From assembly GCA_951406725.2 (NCBI GenBank), contig OX597821.1, forward strand, positions 868,001-932,000: DNA of 64,000 bases, written 5' to 3'. Positions 55,278-64,000 of this stretch are shown here, one piece after another. The DNA comes from Octopus vulgaris. Lineage: Eukaryota. A program made the position numbers and the translations under genes. The number at the start of each line of letters is the position of its first letter. Within the stretch, counting starts at the first letter, position 1. The notes under the pieces are model-generated. The model was not told where the DNA came from. It was given only the letters and a program-made list of their open reading frames with translations, and made no database searches.

Positions 55278-55338
55278 CCACCGTCATCAGCTGTCGCTAG
55301 TTAGCTCAGGCGTGTTTCGAAGGCAAGACAGGACACTC
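55278..55338 (-). ncRNA. pseudoknotted (strand-permuted) hammerhead ribozyme candidate, diverged relative
   Basis: Minus strand: GAGUGU-C|CUGUC-uug-CCUUC-GAA-ACACGC-(14 nt)-GACAG-CUGAUGA-C-GGUGG; cleavage triplet GUC. Confidence 0.6.
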
Positions 55339-55807
55339 GTTACTAGGCCTTCCTGCGAGAGAATTAAAATAAAATTCCAAGCAGCGGGGTAAAACGGGTA
55401 AGAACACAAACAGGACGTAACAAAAAAAAAAAAATACAAGACGAGAAATAAAACGAGAATACAATACGGGAAATCAAACAAACATGCATACTTGTAAAAG
55501 TATGCATGTATGTTTGTATGTATGCCTGCACAAATACGCACAGAAGCATACATAAATGGTAGATAGATGAATGCATGCGTGTGTGTATATTTCTGTCCTG
55601 CTTACTTGTTATTGTTTTTCAGAGTTCGTAGTAAAACCCACGCCTCAGAGCGACGTGCGATGCTACAGGGACAAAAAAGGAACCCGACGAGTGTTAAATG
55701 AATCAAGAACAGTCATCGCTGTTCTTTCTTTTAGTTAAGCCAACCAGATGTTATCAAGAAGCCTCTGGGACGAGATGTCACGCGGGAGAAGGGGAGGGGC
55801 AGTGGAA

Positions 55808-55839
<32 letters not shown>

Positions 55840-56283
55840 GAGAGAGGAGGGAGTGTGAAGGAGAAAAAAATGAGATAAACTGTTACGTGTTCGTATGTAT
55901 GTGTGTATGTATGTATGTATGTGCGATTTCACTTCTCTCTTTCTTTCTTGCGCTCTCTCTTTCTCTCTCTGTGTATGTATGTGTGTATATATATTTATAA
56001 ACACATACACATTCATATAAGCTTATACATATACACAACACATACACGCTTATACATATACTTGCACACGACTGCACACACACACACACACACGTATAAT
56101 TAAATGTACGTTATACAAAATCAGACACATACTCTCGCATACAAATAATAGATATATACACACACATACAAAACGCTGCGCACACGTTATACATACACAC
56201 ACATACGAGATACAGACGAATAAATATAAAGTCGTCGAGAATGTGATAGATAGATAGGAAGATAGATAGATAGATAGACTGAC

Positions 56284-56351
<68 letters not shown>

Positions 56352-56373
56352 CTATACAGATAGATAGGTACAT

Positions 56374-56433
<60 letters not shown>

Positions 56434-56962
56434 GTAAATAGGAAGATAGGAAGATAGATAGATAGAAATCTTCCTAGGAAGATAGATAAATAGGAAGATA
56501 GATAGATAAATAAATAAATAGAGGGATAGAGAGGGAGGGGTGGATTGGTGAAATGAGCGCAAATGAGAAGAATAAAGTGTGTGAACGTTGCTGCGCCGAG
56601 ATGTTCGTCAGGGCGGGTTGTAATAACAATGTTTTGGCACGCGACATTTTCTATTCAAATGAACGGTTTGTTAACATAACCTATGTTTCTTGTAAATGTT
56701 ACTCTTTTAATTATGTCATGTTGTTTGCTGTTTATTTTTCTTTCTTTCTCTCGATATTTTCTGTTTTGTTTATGTCTCGCCAGGATTGTTGTTGTTGTTG
56801 TTGTTGTTGTTCTCGTTATTCGTCGGATTCTTTTGTCTTGTGTTGTTACATTCATAAACTTCCGCCAGTTTCTATTGTACGATCGTTGACAGCTTGGTGT
56901 GTGTGTGTGTGTGTGTGGTATATTTGTATGTGTGTATGTATGTGTGTATGTATGTATATGTA

Positions 56963-57020
<58 letters not shown>

Positions 57021-57084
57021 GAATACATATATGTCAGTGTGTATGTGTGTTGTATAAATATATATATGTGAGCGCGTGTGTGTG

Positions 57085-57115
<31 letters not shown>

Positions 57116-57656
57116 GTATATGTGTGTGTGAGAGTGCATGTGTCTGTGTGTAGAAGTTTGTGTCTGTGTGGTAAGAAGTTTGCTGTGTGTCTTTGTCCCG
57201 TCACAGCTTGGCAACCGCTGCTGGTTTGTTTACGTTCCCGCAACTTAGACGTTACCATGGTATAAATAGAAGACGTTAAAAAAAGATGAAAATAAATACA
57301 AGGGTCGATTTGTTTCGCTAAATCCTTCAAGGTGGTGCCCCAGCATGGTTACAGTCCAGTGACTAATACAAGCTAAACATAAAAGATATTTTTGTCATGT
57401 CAGCACGACTAATGAAAAATGAAACTGACTGGCTATGAGGAAGAAATAGCCAAGAAGCTCCATCCTCTGTCCGTGTGTGTGACGTTCAGGGTGGCCTGAA
57501 TTCTTACATTCTCGCGATTCTCTGTAATTCAGAGTTCCAGAGAACACAATGGAAAAAGGAGTTACCCCCGGAGTATGGCGAGCAGTGGCGGCCCGTAGAT
57601 AAAATTAGTTGGGGTGCAGCTTCAGAAAATGTTGTTTTAATTTTGTGTAAAAGGAA

Positions 57657-57876
57657 GGCGGCGAGCTGGCAGAGTGGTTAGCACGCCGGGCGAAATGCTT
57701 AGCAGTATTTCGCTTGTCTTTACGTCCTTAGTTCAAATTCCGCTGAGGATCGACTTTGCCTTTCATCCTTTCAGGGTCGATAAATTAAGTACCAGTTGCA
57801 TACTGGAGTCGATCTAATCGACTGGATCCCTTTCCCCCCAAAATTTCGGGTCTTGTGCCAAGAGTAGATAAGAATA
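57657..57876 (+). mobile_element. SINE family A with alternative tail and 14-bp TSD
   Basis: TTGTGTAAAAGGAA at 57643-57656 and 57877-57890. Confidence 0.85.
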
Positions 57877-58289
57877 TTGTGTAAAAGGAAACAAACATAT
57901 AAAAAGAAAATTTATACATAAACTTAATTGCTTCGCGTTTTAGCCACTGCTAAGTCGTGTGTTTAATTTGTTCACTGAACACCGCCGCGAATTCCCCCTT
58001 GTTTTTCAAAAATACCTCCTAAATCACAAAATAAGGGAGGAAAATTTGCCCTATTTTTTCAAATCCTAGCAGCAATACTGTAGCTGGAAGCAGGATAATA
58101 ATCTAATTATAGACTTTATCACATTCAAGAATATAAACACGTTTTTAAGCACAACACACGCAGAGTCAAAAAGAAACAAGTTCCTTTCACCAGCACACCA
58201 GGGTCGGCACCGCGTGAACTACAGTGCTCGTATGTACAAGTATGAAGAAAGAATTAAAGAAAAATGGATTCATTATATTGAATGTTATC

Positions 58290-58700
58290 GATAATACTGA
58301 GTGGAAATATGGGGTGCTGCAGTTCTGCAGTGCCTGCAGACGAGCCGCCACTGCTCACGAGGCTAGCACTTGCAGACAGCCATTTCCAACCCAATAGAAG
58401 TGAGCAGGGATTTGACCCAGGAGTCGAGAACACCGGAAGTCTCAACTGTCATAGGCACCGCCATAAACCTGTCAGAGAGCGCCCGATACTTTTTCAGACT
58501 GTCGAGCAGCGGAGTCTGGGCTGGCAGCTGAACACACCCAAGTTGTCGCTGGAGCAGGTGTCACATCATGTGGGATCCCAGATGAGGGGCCTATCGCCAC
58601 GAAACGGGAAAGCTGTCATACTGTCAGGTCTTTTACCGTCCTCTCGGTTTAGCCCTATCACCGCGGAACGGAAAAATTTGTCTTACTGTCTCCTCGGTCG
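58290..58700 (-). pseudogene. CRE-like non-LTR retrotransposon restriction-like endonuclease (RLE) domain remnant
   Basis: Minus strand gives [32 protein letters not shown], a frameshift, then KYRALSDRFMAVPMTVETSGVL...PRE. This resembles the recalled CRE motif DGKRPDG.T..PW..G..L.WD.T..DT...KY..L...P..ET.G. Confidence 0.75.
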
Positions 58701-59562
58701 AGCCTCACTGGCTTCTGCTGGCAAGATAAACCTGCGGCAACAAGACTAAATAATTTTACATCACTTTTTGTCTCTACAACAGAATCCAAACTTTCACAAA
58801 CTTTTTCATTTACGATCTCACAAACTTTCACTCTATCAAAAACACAACCAAAAACGATTATTAAATACACCGAGCCGAACAATGTTGATACAATTTCTTG
58901 AAGTGACAAATGATATATTCTTAAAAGAGGTGATGGGATATAAATATATTTATGATAGATATTACAAGGGTGGCCAAGGTCGCATAGCAAAAGGGTTTTT
59001 GTAGGCACTCAGCGTGCAGAGTCGCTTCGCTGTGTAATAACGCAGCTTGATAACAGCCCAAGAAAATGTTGCATCTGGAATAAGTGACGAAACGCTTTGT
59101 ATCATTTAATTCTTCGTCTAATTGGTAGATTTCTTTTACAGGAAAACAACAGCAACAACAAACAAACACAAAACAAAATTATAGAAGATATACACGGATA
59201 CAATCGTACGTACATACATGTGTACATAAATATATAAATAATTGTATGTAAGTAGGCGTGTATATATATACATGCACACAAATATTGTGTGTACACACAA
59301 ACACACACACACACATGCACACACGTATATACATACATACGTACATACATACAGGGGTTGGACAAAATAATGGAAACACCTAGCATCATAGCATCGTAAT
59401 TTTGAAGTATCTGTCAAAAGCTTGTTTAGTTTTGTTTCTTGATTTATTATTAGCGTTGCTTAATATGTTTTGCTAAAACTGTTGTTTTTTTCCAGATATC
59501 ACCAGAAAAGCGTAATTAAAATTCACTAAAATGACAGATCTTTAGGACTTTCAAAGAGGTCA

Positions 59563-60740
<1,178 letters not shown>

Positions 60741-60753
60741 CATATATATACAT

Positions 60754-60807
<54 letters not shown>

Positions 60808-60811
60808 GTTT

Positions 60812-60868
<57 letters not shown>

Positions 60869-61689
60869 TATATATACGCTCACATATAAGTCTAAGTATC
60901 GAGGTCAACTTCCATTTTATAAGATGTTAGAAATGAAAGGCGCCTCAGATTTCTGACCTGATTTTTCAAAACGTTTTTGCTGTTGTTGTTGTTGTTCCGT
61001 ACAGAAACTCCTTTGATTTTCGTTCTGCTTCTTGATCAGGTCTGACCTGCGGTTAAACAACAACAACAACAACAACGACGACGACGACGACAACAACAAT
61101 AACAACAATAACAACAAGAGAAATCTTTGCCAAGCTTTGTAACTCGTCAGAAGGTCATCGAAGTAAAAAAAAAACCTCTGCCATTTAATAATTCTTAGAT
61201 GGGCATGTTGAACAAATAAGGGGCACAAGTCAATAGAAAATACCTCTACGTGGGTGTTCGTCGTATTAGAAATAGTAGCTAACCCTCGCTCAAATTGTAC
61301 ACTGTCATCATAAAATACGATATAGATACAAACTGGAACATCTTTCATTAAAAGTTTACTTAAATGGTGGAGACTAAGTACCAATGACAACCAGGAGAAG
61401 AATAAAGGGCATCGGATAATGTATTCTTAGATATACTATGCCTAAACATGACGGAATGGTCACAGCTGAAAATTCTTTGATTGTAGGTCTACTTAAATTA
61501 TAGAGATTGAAACAAGAATGGTAACAATAAGAATGAAGGATATTTTGGATAATGCATTCCTTGATTGACTATGTTTAAGACATGACGGAACGGTCACGGC
61601 TGGAAAACCTTCGATTATAGGTCTACATCGAGGACGGTAGGATCTCCGTCGATTAAAGGTTAGCTATTCATTTTCACGTGTTTATGCAG

Positions 61690-61735
61690 TCTTGAAGATT
61701 TTGTTGAGGAAAACAAGCAGTTGCCTCCCCTTCAT
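61690..61735 (+). other. possible 46-nt internal coding exon of an unidentified host gene
   Basis: tttatgcAG | T CTT GAA...CTT CAT | GTAAGT; open frame LEDFVEENKQLPPLH. No partner exons identified. Confidence 0.25.
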
Positions 61736-62141
61736 GTAAGTCTCTCCCCCTCATTCTCTCCTCTTTGCCACCGATGTTTATCCAAGACCGATGAGGTGGG
61801 CCGAAGTCGCTGAAAAGCAAAGCAGCAAAAACGTGGATTATTGGTGCATGGTAAAGCGGAAGCCCGTCTTCTTCCTCCTGCTTTAGTGCCGCCTTAAACC
61901 ACAAGGCACACTGGGCAGTCTCACGGGTCTAAAGGGCCCAATTCTAAATTACGTATGCTGTGATTTGCTGGTAATAGATAGACATTATAGGGGACTCGGT
62001 GCACTGGTATGCCTGGAGGACGATGGTGCTATAATGCTGCTAAAACAACATTGCTGTAAGGTCTACAGGTTAGGGGCATGTAATATTTGCTTTACTGGCA
62101 ACCCTCATACTACGCGACTGCGTGCGCAGAAGCGGTTTGAA

Positions 62142-62372
62142 GGCGGCGAGCTGGCAGAAACGTTAGCGCGCCGGACGAAATGCTTAGCGGTATTTCGTCT
62201 ACCATAACGTTCGGAGTTCAAATTCCGCCGAGGTCAACTTTGCCTTTCATCCTTTTGCGGTCGATAACTTAAGTACCAGTTACGCACTGGGGTCGATCTA
62301 ACCGACTTAATCCCTTTGTCTGTCCTTGTTTGTCCCCTCTATGTTTAGCCCCCTGTGGGCAATAAAGAAATA
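62142..62372 (+). mobile_element. SINE family A, full length, with 14-bp TSD
   Basis: AGAAGCGGTTTGAA at 62128-62141 and 62373-62386. Confidence 0.9.
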
Positions 62373-62633
62373 AGAAGCGGTTTGAATGCTAGAACTGAAT
62401 AAAAATCTGCTTATGTCTGTAGGCCAGGGCTTCTCAATCATTTTTCACGTATGGACCCTTTTAATAACTAGTTTATTGCAGTGGACCCTTATAGTCATTC
62501 GATGTTTAAAAACTATAAAACTAGTTTTATGAAAGTTTTATAAAATCCTATTTTGTTTTCCACGCATTAACTTGTGTAGGTTGAACTATGTATGATGCTA
62601 GAGAAAGAAACCCAGCTGTTTCTTGCAATACAT

Positions 62634-62938
62634 TTATTTTATTTATTTATGCACTTTTCAAGCCTAGCCAGGCTCATGGGCCCGGTTTCCCGGTTTCTGT
62701 GGCGCATGTGTCCCGCCCACCTAGCTGGACGGGAGGCCAGGCCATCGCAGTGTTACTTAAAAAACAGGAAGAAGAGTAAGAGAAAGTTGGGGCGAAAGTG
62801 TACAATAGGGGTCGCCACCACCTACTGCCGGAGCCTCGTGGAGCTTTAGGTGTTTTCGATCAATAAACACACACAACGCCCGGTCTGGGAATTGAAACCG
62901 CGATCCTCCGACCACGAGTCCGCTGCCATTGCGCCTCC
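62634..62938 (-). mobile_element. SINE family C (tail c) with 13-bp TSD, nested in a hAT MITE (62425-63097)
   Basis: TCTTGC(A/G)ATACAT at 62621-62633 and 62939-62951. Confidence 0.8.
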
Positions 62939-63788
62939 TCTTGCGATACATACCAATGCATTAATCTAAAGCAAACTTTTTTCAAGGGTCCTGAAAATAC
63001 TATATTGGGCCCCCAATTTACTATTTTGTAGCAAGGATCCCACCAAAATCTTATATGGATCTTTAGGGGCTATATGGACCCCGGTTAAGAACCACGGTCG
63101 TGGACCAATGAAACGGGGAAATGTCAATAGAACAAAAAACTATATAGAAACAGGAATAGATAGACAGATACACAGAGAAAGACAGATCACATGTATGGAC
63201 AGACTAACAGACAGATGTGCTGAAAGACCGATAGACAGACAGACAGACAGACAGGCAGAGAAATAGAATTTAGTCCGAGCCTCACTCGTTAAACTAAATT
63301 CTACCACAGGAATAATAGTTTACAGATTTCGCTTCCTAATTATAACATCTTTAGGTTGGTGAAGTATTTTGTATAAGATTTCATTTCAAAACAGATAGCT
63401 GACATATCTACCAGCACGCACACACACGCACGCACGTACACACACGCACGCACACACGCACGCACATACCCACCCTTCCATGTACCCAAACACATACACA
63501 CACACACGTTCTACAAGGAACATCGAATTTCAAGACACATGCCTGTGTACGTAGCGTGCGCTTACACAAACCAGTTTGCTTGTTTGCAAATCATTATCAT
63601 GTATGTATGTATGTATGTATGTATGTATGTATGTATGTATGTATGTATGTATGTATGTATGTATGTATGTATGTATGTGAATTGTTTGTCTTTATGCATT
63701 GTTATACATAAGTAAATCGGTCAAATATTAATTGAACAGTTGTTAAATATTTTTAAATACACTTTATTTTGTTTCTTTAAGAAAAACA

Positions 63789-63878
63789 TCGACTATAAGT
63801 TCGAAGATTCGACATAGTTGTCTTCATCAGTCGGTCTGACAAAGGTAATTGAACCGAAATGTCGAACTCACAGTAGAC
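63789..63878. mobile_element. divergently oriented pair of degenerate hammerhead-bearing Penelope-type fragments
   Basis: Minus strand CUGAUGA-A-GACA(ACUA)UGUC-GAA-UCUUC-GAACUUAUAGU; plus strand CUGACAA-A-GGU(AAUUGA)ACC-GAAAU-GUC-GAACUCACAGU. Confidence 0.45.
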
Positions 63879-64000
63879 AACTTCCTTGAGCGATATAAAA
63901 TGCTGGCCGTGACATATATGAAACCTCGCAGCCAGCACTATATTAAACATAGGTTCTCGCGCGCTTAAAAAATAATAGATTAAATGTTTTTAACGTTTTC

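Noticed and set aside
58282-58749. 155-aa plus-strand ORF containing MGCCSS (acylation-like motif)
   Set aside because: The opposite strand carries clear retrotransposon RLE motifs, so the ORF is best explained as an antisense shadow.
61414-61626. Two spaced direct repeats (CRISPR-like spacing considered)
   Set aside because: Only two degenerate units of a dispersed eukaryotic repeat; no array or cas genes.

Overview
AT-rich, repeat-saturated eukaryotic DNA. The SINE families and microsatellite load resemble those of an octopus (coleoid cephalopod) genome; this is recognition from memory, not a search. No intact host gene is visible, and nearly all ORFs in the supplied track are microsatellite or repeat artefacts. 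The protein-coding signal comes from decayed transposons: a Helitron Rep/PIF1 helicase pseudogene (32.4-34.7 kb), Chapaev3-, hAT- and Tc1-type transposase remnants, and 3' fragments of Tx1-, RTE-, CRE- and HERO-like non-LTR retrotransposons. There are many tRNA-headed SINEs, MITEs and foldback elements. The segment 34504-41428 is repeated at 41529-47479 across a 100-N gap, probably as uncollapsed haplotypes. Most notable: (1) a repeat family with hammerhead ribozyme cores whose strands lie in a non-canonical, pseudoknotted order, with compensatory base changes between two diverged copies (36560-36622, its duplicate 42606-42668, and 55278-55338); (2) several minimal hammerheads in Penelope-type remnants; (3) a Tx1-like LINE insertion present in only one duplicate copy, with a snap-back 5' junction, whose 3' end matches the tail of an abundant SINE.
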